From positions 4,340,001 through 4,404,000 of the forward strand of contig NC_043008.1 in assembly GCF_006345805.1 (NCBI RefSeq): a stretch of DNA of 64,000 nt. The letters are read 5' to 3'. The notes beneath the pieces were generated by a model. That model was given only the letters and a program-made list of their open reading frames with translations, was not told the DNA's origin and did no database searches. The number at the start of each line of letters is the position of its first letter. Positions within the stretch are counted from its first letter, which is position 1. This document shows positions 49,591-61,992 of the stretch, piece after piece. The DNA comes from Octopus sinensis. Lineage: Eukaryota. Made by a program: the position numbers and the translations under genes.

Positions 49591-52500
49591 ATATTGATAT
49601 TGTTGCTGTTGTTTAACCTCTGATAAACTCTAATTAAGCCAATCTATAACCAAAGGTATTCCAGCCATGACTACTCCATCTTTTTATCAGTGCATAGTCT
49701 AGAACTACATTACCCTATGAATTCTTCATTTTTCTTACTTTTCTGACAGAAGGACATGACTTGAGAATAATTTGCTTGCTATTTCTAGTAGGATGAGTAA
49801 TTTCACAGTGACATAGTGACTCAGGTGCCTGGATTCACTCAGTATTTCCTGTTTTGTCTCAGGGTAGGCATCAGTTGTAGAATCACTTAATGCTCTCAAT
49901 CATGATACTTTTTTTCTCTATCAAGAGAGTTTTGTTGTGCTGTGGTTGTCAGAGGTTTGCTGTCTTTGGTCTCGTGGTCATAATTGTTATGTATTTAGAT
50001 TTATCTTGCTATTGCTTTGACTCAGCAGATCTACAACCAAAAACATTCCAGCCATGAACAACCTCTTGCATTTTTATGTATCAAGAACTGCTGTTGAATG
50101 TGTTCTTCATTTCTAAAGATGTTAGGATATGATTTGAAGGAATTTGGTTTCTATTTCTAGCATGCTAAATACCTGTTTAGAGGTGTCCTTGTTTACATGA
50201 TATTTATTATAATGTAAGGATTGATATTTTCTTTCTTTTCTTTCTGAAGTTGAACCATATTTTGTCACGGGGGTGATTTAGCTTAACTTATTGATCTCAG
50301 ATATGTAAGTTGTGTTATTGCAACTTACTCTGCTGACCTTGGAACAATGAAAATCGAAATTAATCTGGGCAGAATTTGAACTCAAAACGTAAAGGAATCT
50401 CATTGCCTTAATGGAGATGACTTTTGTGCGCATAAAGGATCCATAACTGTATTGCTTCATCTTTGTCTTTTAGTTTTCCTCCAACTCTAATTCTGCTCAG
50501 TTACTTTGAGTGTGTGTGCGGCACATTGGTGAGTCAATGCTTGAAATACACAATAAGTGGCTGAATGTGCATCTTGATTTAGACTACAAAATGTCAAATA
50601 GGATCATCATCATCATCATCTTCATAATGTCCAATGTCCACTGTTCCATACTTACATGGGTCAGATGGAATTTAATGTGATGCATCTCCCTCTCACCTAT
50701 CCTCATCTGTTTCCAAGTAAGGTAATATTTCCCTTTTACCAGAATATTGGAAACAAAGGACATCACTTGCATTATGGTGACATTTGTTTATAATTATCAT
50801 GTGATGTCAAGACAAGGAGACAGTAACCACACACACACACACACACACAAATTTTCATAGGGTTTCTTTTAGTTTCCATCTACCAAATCCAGTAACAAGG
50901 CTTTGATTGTCCAAGGGTTATAGTAGAAGACACTTGCTGAAAATGCCATGCAGTGAGTTCTGAATTCACAGCCATGTACTTAGGAAGCAAATATCTTAAA
51001 CACCACAAAGTAATTCTGTTCTTGAATATTAATATTTATAGATTTGAAACTGAATATTTGCTACAAAGTAGACAGCAAACAGGAAACTCAGACATGATGT
51101 CATTACTGAATTAACATCTGATCATCTGATAAAAAATCTTGTAAATTACCAACATATACAAATGAATTGTTTTTTTTTTTTTTGTTTACTCTTAATTATT
51201 GTCTAATTTATAGACTCTAAATTATATGCCATCCTTCTTTTTGTTTAACTTCATGTCAGCCCTGATGAAAGTTATTCAAACCCCGGCTTTGCTGCCACAT
51301 TTAGAAGTTAGAGAATGATCTGAGGGAGATTTGGTTATGAATTCAAATAGGTCAAGCAACCACTTAGAGAGACGTTCTCTTTGTTTTATGGGTCTCCATG
51401 TATTGGCAGAGAATGTCATTATTCTGGAAGAAACAGCAACAACAATAAAACCTTGAAAACATTCTCAACAATGAGGAATTGCCAAGAGATAATTCTATGT
51501 GGCATCAACATGAAAAGCCATAAATAAGTTCAGACATTTTTCATTATTATTCTGACCTCCTCAGTGAAGGAGTTACAGTCTAAATAATGACTGCTACCTA
51601 TTTTACATTCTAGTTAAATAATAGTTGCTGTTCTTCAAAAAGATTGCTGATTTGTATAATAATCTCTCTTTTCTTTTTCCCCAAGGACAACACAGACATA
51701 AATATGATAATACAATACAATACAAACATATTTGGGCATAATAATATATGTCTCCTTTGTAAACCTAACCCGTCAGTCTAAATTATGGGTTTGTAGTTAT
51801 CATTACACATGATGAGAAGTTTTTACCTATTTTTCTGTCCCAAATTTCCCAAGAGCAATATTTATTGCTGAAGAGATCTAAATTAATTTCAATACGTGTT
51901 CTTCCACCCACTAAATGGTTTTTATCTTTGTTCTGATTTATTGAATGACATAGAACAATCTTCAGACTAGTTTTCCAAAACATTGCCTACCCAAGAACTT
52001 GTGTTTGTCTTGTTGTTTTCTTCTCTTCAAACTTTTGACTTTATTTTTTTACTTTTTCATTCATTTCTATAGAACCGTTATATTATCTCAGTATTGCTGA
52101 TCATTGGAGCTGTTGTTGTTGCTGTTGTTGTTGTTGTTAAGGTGAAAGATTAGAGTATCAGAAAAACTGCCTTGGATCATTTGTTTTGACTCTTCACATT
52201 TTGGGTTCAAATTCTGTCAAGGAACAAATTTGCCTCTCTTCCTTCTACAGTTGATAAAATTAAAAAAAAAAACATTCAATATAATCAACCAATCCTCTTC
52301 CCTCAAAATTGCTGATTTTGCTCAATTATTATTCTTATCATTATTATCATTATAGCATGTTGGTAGAAATAGTGGAGCAGTTGACAAAATGGCTAACAGT
52401 ATTTAGGTATACTACTTTATGTTCTGAGTTCAAATCCTACTATGGCCAAATTTGCCCTCTCTTTCTTACTGTATTCTTCAAAAGCAATATACCAATCAGG

Positions 52501-52819
52501 CATTAGAATCAATTCATCAATATACCATAAACCTCCTCCTGACATATCTAGCCTTCAGTCTATATTGATAGCAATAATACTACTACTAATAATGATAATC
52601 CTTCCCCCTTTAGATATTAGGCCCAAATTTTGTGGGAGGGGCTAATCGATTACATCGACTAAAAAAGAATAAAAGGCAAAGTTGACCTCAACAGAATTAG
52701 ACCTTAGAATGACCTGAAAGAAATACCCCTAAGCATTTTGTCTGACATTACTAATGATCCTATCAGCTTGCTACCTTCATAATGATAATAATGATAATAA
52801 TAATGATAATAATAATAGC

Positions 52820-53488
52820 ATTTAATGAAGTAGAATGAGTAACAGTAAAGTATGTGGTTATGGGGAAGAAACAATAAATTATATTGCCTCTAGCAAACTA
52901 GTCTTGACCAAGTAGGAATATATCCTCAGACCTACATACACAGGAAGGCATAGCAGCATATGGAATGCCCAGAGAAAAGAATTGCTGTAGGCATACCAAA
53001 GAAAAGGTCTTGTAAAATGACAAAGTAACCATACTATGAGATATGCTAATTGACACAGACAAGGAAGTTAAGGATAATCAACCAGATATTGTTATGAGGG
53101 TCACTCAGAAAAATTTGCTACAACTTAACATATCAGTCCCAACAGATAACAGTGAGTTTATAAAGGAAATGGAGAAACATTTGGGATCCAAATATCAGAA
53201 AATAGAATTAACCCAAATGTGGGTCTAAAAACTATAGTAGTAGGTCCTTTAGACATGATGGTAAAAATATGCAGACATATTCATAACTAATATATTTATA
53301 TTTATTTAGTGATTTATATACACACACATATATACATATATAGCACTGCTAGACACCACACATGTTACATAGAGCCCTTCAGTACAGGAGAAATAACATC
53401 ACCAAAACAAGCCACAGCACATATTCAAAGCACACAGGGTTGCACTTGGTAGTGCAGTGAAAGTATATAATAAAAATAAGACAATTTC

Positions 53489-53525
<37 letters not shown>

Positions 53526-53540
53526 TAATAATAATAATAA
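52820..53540 (+). mobile_element. R4/Dong-like non-LTR retroelement 3' fragment (REL endonuclease), older copy, (AAT)n tail
   Basis: MLIDTDKEVKDNQPDIVMR...LQLNISVPTDNSEFIKEMEK...KIELTQMW (PD..D REL motif); 3' UTR cacagcacatattcaaagcacacag...gtgaaag then (AAT)n; also preceded by (AAT)n at about 52780-52818. Confidence 0.85.
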
Positions 53541-53936
53541 TTATTATTATTATTATTATTATTCAGTAGTTTTATTTTTATAGCGTGCTTTCACTTCACT
53601 ACCGAGCGCAGCTCTGTGTGCCTTGGGTATGTGCTGTGATTTGTTGTGATGCTCTGATGGTTATTGTATGGAAAGTGTTCTGCGTAGGATGTGTGCAGTG
53701 CCTAGTAGTGCAATTTTCTGTATGTTATATGTGTTTGTAAGTCCTGGTGTTTTTGTTATGTATTTGTCTGAATATTTTTTTATCATGCCTAATGCACCTA
53801 CTATGATAGGAATTGTTTCTGTTTTCAGGTTCCACATTCTAGTTACCTCTATTTCCAGGTCTTTGTATTTTGAGAGTTTCTCCATTTCTTTTAGAGACAC
53901 GTTGTCATCTGCCGGTATTGATACATCAATTAGAAA
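53541..53936 (-). mobile_element. Young 5'-truncated R4/Dong-like element flanked on both sides by (TAA)n
   Basis: Uninterrupted LIDVSIPADDNVSLKEMEKLSKYKDLEIEVTRMWNLKTETIPIIVGALGMIKK...QKIALLGTAHILRRTLSIQ*; 3' UTR 53564-53660; (ATT)n at 53541-53563 and 53937-54065. Confidence 0.93.
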
Positions 53937-53996
53937 TTATTATTATTATTATTATTATAATTGTTATTGTTATTATTATTATTATTATTATTATAA

Positions 53997-54048
<52 letters not shown>

Positions 54049-54065
54049 CATTATTATTATTTTTA

Positions 54066-55330
54066 TTATCTTGGTCATTATAAGTATTTCTGTTCAAATC
54101 CGAAAGACTTTGTTTTAGGACAGGAAAATGGCAGTTTTCTGCCTTTCCCTCATTCAGGTTTCAATTTCAATGTCTCTTTAACATTGGCATTGATCCCATC
54201 ACTCTTATAATAACAGGAATTATGGCATTCACCCACAACTCTCACAGTTTTCTCAGTTCTTTAGCCAAGTCCAGATACTTTCCAATCACTTCTGTTTCTT
54301 CTGTTTTAATTCTTACTGTGATTTAGAATAAAATCTGTGATTCTTCATAGATTTTCTGGTGTACTTTTCTCTCTATTTTAATCATTATGGTTTCTCTATT
54401 ATAATCATTATTGGTTTATTGTAATTTTTATTTTAACAATATTTGTTTTGATTATTGTTTTCTTGAACAAGCCTCCAACCAGATTGCTGTTGGATTTTTA
54501 TCCCTTCCATTTTTCAAACACTATCACTATTTTCTTGATGCCTATACCAACCACACATGAATCTCTCTTCCCAGATTTTTATTTTTTTCTCTTTTCTGTA
54601 ATCCTCTTTTATTTGTATATATATTTATTACTAAATATAATAGTTACTGCCATTAAAATACCCATATCTTCACAGTTTCAGTCTGTGGATCTCTAGGTTA
54701 CAAGCCCAGCACATTCCCATTCTGACCCCATACACACACACACTTCATTTTTGTAATATTTTTCTTTAGCATAGTGAATTTGTTAAATTGAGTAAACACC
54801 CTCCTCCTTCAATTGTTGAAGGCAACACTGTTATGTACAGCTTATCAACACTGCTTCACAGATATAATCTATTGTGTATTGTTGAAAACTTTCTGGGCTC
54901 TCCATTCTATTCAGGTCTTTTTCCATCCTCCAAAGGAATACTGAAGAACACCATTACTGGTATTACTCCAATATTTCTTTATTGAATCTTTCTCCCATTT
55001 ATTCTGGTTCAAAAGACCTTCTTGACTCGCTTCTTACATTCTTCACCAATTTTCTATTTGATTTCTTTCTATTTCATCTCATTCTTTTGTGATACACCGA
55101 AATATTTATAATCCTAAGCCACTTTCAGATTTTATACTTTGTTATCCAGAGATGGAGTCTCTCAGACTTTATCTCTTTTCCTCGTTATTATAACCATGAT
55201 TCATTTATCAATATCAAACCCAACTCATTATCTTCTCTGAAAGTTTTAATCGACTGAACCAAAGAATCAAGCTGCCTCTCGTTTTTGGAGCATATTGTGA
55301 GGCTTACTATAAACATCAGGTGACCAATTC
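54066..55330 (-). mobile_element. Older R4/Dong-like relic (RT C-terminus and REL region, internally deleted)
   Basis: HLMF...CSKNERQLDSLVQSIKTF (SHLLFMDD.KLYAKN..ELDSL.QTVR.F) near 55320-55240; EVIGKYLDLAKELRKL...IIPVII near 54290-54200. Confidence 0.8.
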
Positions 55331-55792
55331 CACTATTAATTTTGTACAAATTTTACCCTAGTTTGTAAGACAAGGGACCAAAGCACTGGAATAGAGATGT
55401 GGTGATAATGAATTCACATCAGTCCGTCATTGAATTGTGACCATGCTGGGAACTGCTTGGAAAGGTTTAGTCATACAAATCAACCACAGTACTTATATTT
55501 TTAAGCTTCATACTTATTTTGTTAGACCAGTGGTCAAGTAGTGAGTGAGACAAACACATACACACACACACACACACACACATGTGTGTGTGTATGTTGT
55601 TTATAATTTTAACCTTTAAAGGTATTTTAATATGCTGCCACTTTTTTGATGAAATTTTTTCTGTAAAAGAACTTCATCCTGTATTAGTAGTAGATTTATT
55701 ACTATTCGCTATAGGGACTGGTAACCACTATAAGCTGTGGTGGAGAACAGTTCACACGTGAGCTGAGGCTAACCAAAGGATTTTATATTTAG

Positions 55793-55854
55793 ATATATCT
55801 GGGGTACTTATACGTACTCATGACTTTTGCTTCGGCTTTTTTCCATGGGCACAT
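55793..55854 (+). CDS. Candidate plus-strand exon (62 nt)
   Basis: Acceptor ttttatatttAG|, consensus donor CAT|GTAAGT; open as IYLGYLYVLMTFASAFFHGH (0->2) or DISGVLIRTHDFCFGFFPWAH (1->0). Confidence 0.35.
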
Positions 55855-56439
55855 GTAAGTATTTCATTTATTTCTATTCATATTTTCTACTGAAGAGGAA
55901 AAAAATCTATTATGAGATTAATTCTGAAATTGATTCAATATAGAAATAACGAACTTTTTAAAAATTTCTGTTGGCTAGCTTTCCTCGATTTCAGCACAAC
56001 ATATTTTCTGTAGCGAGTAAATAATATGTGGAAATTGACGATTTAAAAGTCTGTTATCAGCATATTGGCATAGAAATAATTTTCTTTTGGCCTTGTTTAT
56101 AAGTTGTATATATATATATATGTATATATATATACATAAATCTAGTACATCCCAAAGCTACACATGTATATATCTGAGCATCTGTAGAGATGAGCCACAT
56201 TTAAACAGTCAATTTTGGAGAGAATCCCTTGATGAAGTGTGTGTGTGTGTTTGGAAACATGTCCGTGTTTATACTATGTAACTTCGATCATGCCTCTTTC
56301 AATTTCATGTTTTTGCATTAGAGGTCCCCATCCTTGAACTCATTCTACCCATATTTCTATCTATCTCCATTGTCATGGAACCTCATCCCACCAAACAAAG
56401 CCAATGTTCTCTTCTAAACAAAACCCCCAAAAAACATCT

Positions 56440-56695
56440 CATCATCATCATCATCATCGTTTAACGTCTATTTTCCATTCTAGCATGGGTTGGACGATTT
56501 GACTGCAGTCTGGCGAACCAGATGGCTGCACCAGACTCCAGTCTTGATCTGGCAGAGTTTCTACAGCTGGATGCTCTTCCTAACGCCAACCACTCCTAGA
56601 GTGCCATGGGTGCTTTTACGTGCCACCAGCACAAGGGCCAGTCAGGCAGTACTGGCAACAGCCACGCTCAAATGGTGCTTTTTATGTGCCAAATG
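56440..56695 (-). mobile_element. RTE-type 3' end short element, two modules
   Basis: (CAT)n cgtttaacgtctattttccattctagcatgggttggacg...ggtgcttttacgtgccaccagcac...ggtgctttttatgtgcc. Confidence 0.88.
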
Positions 56696-56816
56696 AACAA
56701 GCTGTTTGTACATTCACAAACTTTTATCTGACAAGTTCGAGAAAGGAACAAAAGCACTAATAATAATAATGAAGAAATAAAAAGATTTAAAAAAAAAAAT
56801 TCTGACTTGTTCTCAG

Positions 56817-56847
<31 letters not shown>

Positions 56848-56969
56848 GGTTTCCACTCAGTAGTTTTCGTCTACCAAATTCACTCATGAGACATTGGTAA
56901 GCCCAGGGCTATAGCAGAAGACTCTTACCTTGGGTGCCATACAGTGGGACAGTTACAAAAGGCTCTTGA

Positions 56970-57386
56970 GACTAAATACCCAGGTCAACTGATGAAAGGG
57001 GTCTTGTTTCATCAGGACTATACTCCAGCACACAAGTTCTTGGTTTTAATGGATGGCTGCTGTGTGTGACTGTGGCTTTGAACTGGTTGACCACTCTCCT
57101 TATTCTCTTGATTTGGCCCCATCTGACCATCATTTGTTCCCCAACACAAAAAAGTACTTGGCTGGGAACAAGTATCACAGTGAATATGACATCATATCTG
57201 CTGTTGATGACTTTTTTGACCAACATGTTGAAAGCTTCTTGGCCTTTGGGATCTGAGCACTGCAACACCAATGGAAGAAGGGAAGTGTGTAGACCACAAG
57301 GGGGACTGTATTGAAAAATAAATCTCATTTGGTCATGTTCCACAAGCATATCTTAGTCAGCCTATGAACATTTCAACCAACCTTTC
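56970..57386 (+). mobile_element. mariner (DD34D) transposase C-terminal relic with 3' TIR
   Basis: KGVLFHQDYTPAHK, HSPYSLDLAPSDHHLFP (YSPDLAPSD motif), KCVDHKGDCIEK*; ends cagcctatgaacatttcaaccaacctttc followed by TA. Confidence 0.92.
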
Positions 57387-60300
57387 TACCATATTAAAAA
57401 GGCAAAGGCTTATCTGATAATGTAGAATACTCAATATTCAATATATAGACCGATCAAGACTGGAACATTTTTAATCAAAGCTTTGCTATATCAAGACTGA
57501 CCAGAAGCTGGACAACGGCCATTAAGTGACTTTACAAAGGATCACTATTTACCTGTTATCTCCAAGATTATTTGTGTTAAAACAAATAATTCCTCCATTT
57601 CCAGGAAGAGATATTTCTCATAAGCAATTAACCTGTCAGTAGCTCCCATCCACATTGATTATAAAACATGCAATAATTCTGTAGTTGCTTATACGTGTGT
57701 CCTTTGTCACAGCTACATTCATAAGGACAATTTTCTCTCTCAATATCTGTGGTGGGAGAACACTTTCTCTTTGTCATTTTGTAAAGTGCAAACATAGTCA
57801 TGAGGTTTTTTTTTAAAGCCAGAAACCTTGGCATTCATCTGGGCTTTGAGTTTTGCAATTCAGTGTTTTCTTTAGTCTTCTCATTATGCCTTCTTTTGTT
57901 AAATATATGATATACTTTTTGCAATTTTGTATATTTACTGATTGATTCATTCATTACTACTCTCAGCATATGTCAAGAGGCTCTGCTTTGATACCTGTCC
58001 AAATTATATCCCCCAACTGCTCCATCCAATCAGCATCCTTTCTACGTTTCACTTTGTTGCTCTAAATGATTCACCGATATTGCTTTGATGTGCTCTCAGG
58101 TAGCAATCAATTTCCTTGTCCTTCACTTCAGTTATTTTTATTATTTATATCACATTTTGGGAACAAGAGCTTCATTGAATATCTATCCTTATAGATTTTA
58201 TATCGCTATAACACTTGTTGTTATCATTATTATTATCGTCATAATCATCATCCTCATCATCCTCATCATCCTCATCATCCTCATTCTCATCATTAAGGCA
58301 ATGGGTTGGTAGAAATATTTGCACACAGGACAAAATGCCTGTTGCCATTTGTCCGTCTTTACATTCTGAATTCAAATTCCATCAAAGTTGACTTTGCATT
58401 TGCTCCTTTGTGGTTGATAAAATAAGTACAAGTTGCATATTGGGGTCAATGCAATCATCTTACTCTCCTCCCCTCAAAATTTCTGGCTTTGAACCATGTT
58501 TGTATCTGTGTTTAGGTTTAGGCATAGCTGTATGAATACAAAATTCACTTTGTTACCATGTGGTCTCAGGATCTATCTATCTCCTTGTAGTCCCTTCTAT
58601 GACAGCCTCGGGCCTACCAATATGGAATCATTGACAGAAACTCATAGAAACCTGTTTTACACATTCAGATATATAACACATAAATGTATATGTATGCCTT
58701 TGTGTGTATTTGTGTGTCTGTCTGTCTGCACAACTGTTTTCATTCCAAATTCTTGCCCATGAAAAAACAAATCAAACAAAACCTGATGACATCCCCTGCT
58801 AACAAACTATCCAATGGTTCTGCACTTTCATAGATGCGTGGCATAAAAATCCATTGCTTGCAATGAATTCCTGGAAAAATTGGTAAAATTTAGTAAAAGG
58901 AAGAATCCTTTTACTATTCTACCCGATTATGTATTCTTACTGAGTTGTTGATAAAACTTTGGTATAAATATGGACTGAAACGTTGCTTTCAGAATTTTAC
59001 ACAAGATTTTTTCCAGCAGATTTTTCACATTTGCAACAGATAAATGAGGTGGAGAATCATGGAAAAGCAGGCATAAAATAAATGCACAACCAGATGTGCA
59101 CGTAAATGCACTCAAACTCACACACACACACACACACATGCACATGTGTGTGTGTGTATGTACCTTTGGCCTATTGTGGCAAAAAAGTAAAACAGGTGAA
59201 AGAAGCTGATTCAGTTCTTTTTTCCGTGGTAAACCTACAAACATCACACCTGTTCATAATGCTCATTATTATAAATCTCGGTGGAAATAGAACAAAAGTT
59301 CTCATTAAAATAACAAAAAAAAGAGAATAACTTCTGTTAAAGCTCCACTTGAATGGAGGTACAATTCATGACTGTTTCCTATAAAGAGTGAAACTGAAAG
59401 CAGAATTGTTCAGTTGATCAGAATCAAACTATTGGAATCAATGCGATCATGATGATGGTGGTGCTGTTCAGGTAGAAAAGATTGTTCTGCTACTTCCATT
59501 GTATGCAAAGAATGTTTATACCTGATGAAGAATAATGCTATTACTATCATTATAAGGTTTGATGCTTTTCTTTCTTTTTTTTCATTTTCATTGTTTTTTT
59601 TATTTTGTTTTGATTTTTTTTATCATTATTGTTTTGGTTTGTATTCTTTCACTTTTGATCTTTTAAATAACAAAATCTGAATTTATATCAACAAATTGAT
59701 TTATTCCTATTTTTATATGTTTCATTGATTCAATCTCGATAAAGGACTTCAAAAGAATCCTTGTAATATTATACTTTCTGTTATATTTGTCCTGCATTAA
59801 TTCATATTCTGATAGCATAGAAACATGCAGAAGTTTCCTTTATAGCAAATTACTTAAAGGAAACTTTTTCCTACTTTCTCTTAAGTGTGTCATGAGATTT
59901 TATATATATAATCAGCAACACTTCTTGAATAACAATATATTCCAACATTAAAAATAGAAATACTGCATTATTTGCTGTGAGTCTCAGAAATTTTTTATTT
60001 TTAAAGTTAATTTAAGATTGATGCATGATACAGACAAGTTCTGTTATTCCTCCTGTAAACATCACCCCATCAATTTTCATATATTGTAATGAAAATGGAC
60101 TAATTTAATTAACTGATGATGGAATTTTATTTAATATTTTTATTCTGTGATATATCTTTGCATAAATGTAGTCAATTAAAGAATATCAAAGTATATTCTT
60201 AGCTTCTTTAATTTGTAAGATCAAAGAACAAGAAGAAAATAGGTAAAAGATAAATATCAGCTCTGTTCTGGAGTTGATAAAATTACTTTAGAAAGTAGTT

Positions 60301-60492
60301 ATGAGAGGAGGAAATAGTCCATAGCTTAGTAACTATTAACAGGCAGTTTCATGGAAACAGTGACTAGAAAAGTACATTTATGATGAAAGTAAAATTGGGT
60401 TAGGAACCAGCAACGGTGTGCGCAAGAGAGTTGCATCTTTGCAACAAACTGTCTCATCAAACCTTAAAGTGTAGCTCGTTTATTTGCCTTGA

Positions 60493-60692
60493 CCCCTTAG
60501 GCATTTAAAGCAGCCAAAATAGTCTCCCTGTTTTATGTCCAAACCAGCCAGATGCAGCCTCTCACACTCACCCTGCAATAAACAATCCTATCAGGAAAAT
60601 CTCAAAGCTGCAAGACGATGCATGATTAATTCAAAACAATGGGAATAAATAAGCTGTACATTTGACTGAAAAATCTGAATTTTAAAGAAGGG
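60493..60692. mobile_element. piggyBac-like MITE (200 bp)
   Basis: ttgA|CCCctt...gaaGGG|TTAA: CCC/GGG termini, one intact and one decayed TTAA; a similar gaagggg|TTAA end occurs at 24534-24544. Confidence 0.65.
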
Positions 60693-61230
60693 TTAAACGT
60701 ACTTTAAAATAACAACAACTTCTAAAGGTTGCTTCACCAGCCAGAACCGCAGCCCTCTGTCCTTCAGCACACACACAGACACACACACAGTTATCAGAAA
60801 GAGATACATCAGATAATGTGGATCCAGGTTTCCTGCACAAATGAAAAGGATATGATGGTCATAACCAGAATATCTTTGATCATAGATTGGTTTTGACCAG
60901 GGCTGACCTGGCTCCAAATAACCATGTTCCAGCAACTATATTCAAAAGATGACTTGACTGATAGAATGTAAATTGTACAATGGCGGTGCCCCAGCATGGC
61001 CACAGCTCGTGAGCTGAAACTAGATAAAATTAAAAAAATAAATAAATATATTAGAGACAACAATTTGAGACAGGGATGAATAAGCAAATAGATAAATAAC
61101 GAGGCCTGTTAACTGGAATTGAACTCCATCTTAATCACGTAGAGGTTGATCACATTACTAATTATAACACTGACCACCTGACAGTCTATTGTTTTGAATT
61201 AAGAACAATAAATCATATTTAATCTCTTAC

Positions 61231-61305
61231 CTGGTAAGTAACATAGTTTAATTCCCGTCAGTGAGTCCACATCTCTTTTCTGTCTCAAACTGGTGCTTAT
61301 AATGT
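61231..61305 (-). CDS. Candidate internal coding exon (75 nt, phase 1->1)
   Basis: Acceptor ttcttttgatttgatgttAG|, donor CAG|GTAAGA; only phase 1 is open: DIISTSLRQKRDVDSLTGIKLCYLP; phase-compatible with 62907-62950. Confidence 0.5.
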
Positions 61306-61509
61306 CTAACATCAAATCAAAAGAACTTCAGTAACATTAATACTTTACAATTCATAGCATAAGAGCAAGCTCTTGTGAATGGTTCAAGAATTAGCCTTTA
61401 ATTCATGAGAATATTCAGTGACACTCTTGAGATTGCAAATGCACTACCATTCAGTGCGTATGAAAATCTGTTTCTGAAGAGTATATATAGCGAATTGATT
61501 GTGATTTCT

Positions 61510-61699
61510 AAACTTGAGATTTCAATTGATATTTTGCCATGGTTTCAGTTTGTGACACCTTGGGCAAGTGTCTTCTGCTATAGCCTCAGATGACCAAGGC
61601 TTTGTAAATGAATATGATAGACAGAAACTGAAACAAGCTCAGCGTTTATGTATGTATGTGTGTATATATATGTATGTGTGTATATTATATGTATGTATA

Positions 61700-61751
<52 letters not shown>

Positions 61752-61992
61752 TTTATTTATATGTATGTATATATATAACTATGTGTGTGTGTGTCTGTGT
61801 TTGTCCTCCTCCATTTGACAACTGGTGTTGGTGTGTTTACATCCCTGTAACTTAGCAGTTCAGCAAAAGAGACTGATAGAATAAGCACTAGGCTTTAAAA
61901 AAAAATAAGCCCTGCAGTAGATTTGTTTGACTAAAACCCTTCAAAGTAATGCCCCAGCATGACCACAGTCAAATGCGTAAAACAAGTAAAAG
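61510..61992 (+). mobile_element. Composite tRNA-derived SINE with expanded internal microsatellite
   Basis: gacaccttgggcaagtgtcttctgctatagcc head, about 150 bp of (TA/TG)n, then ggtgtgtttacatccctgtaacttagcagttcagcaaaagagactgatagaataagcactagg...gccccagcatgaccacagtc tail. Confidence 0.85.

Noticed and set aside
53668-54210. 180-aa plus-strand ORF and 82-aa poly-Ile ORF
   Set aside because: Antisense of the Dong-like element plus (TTA)n repeat translation.
57552-57834. Possible Penelope GIY-YIG relic or exon (RENCPYECSCDKGH; donor CAG|GTAAAT)
   Set aside because: Motif match too weak and the acceptor is poor; cannot support either call.
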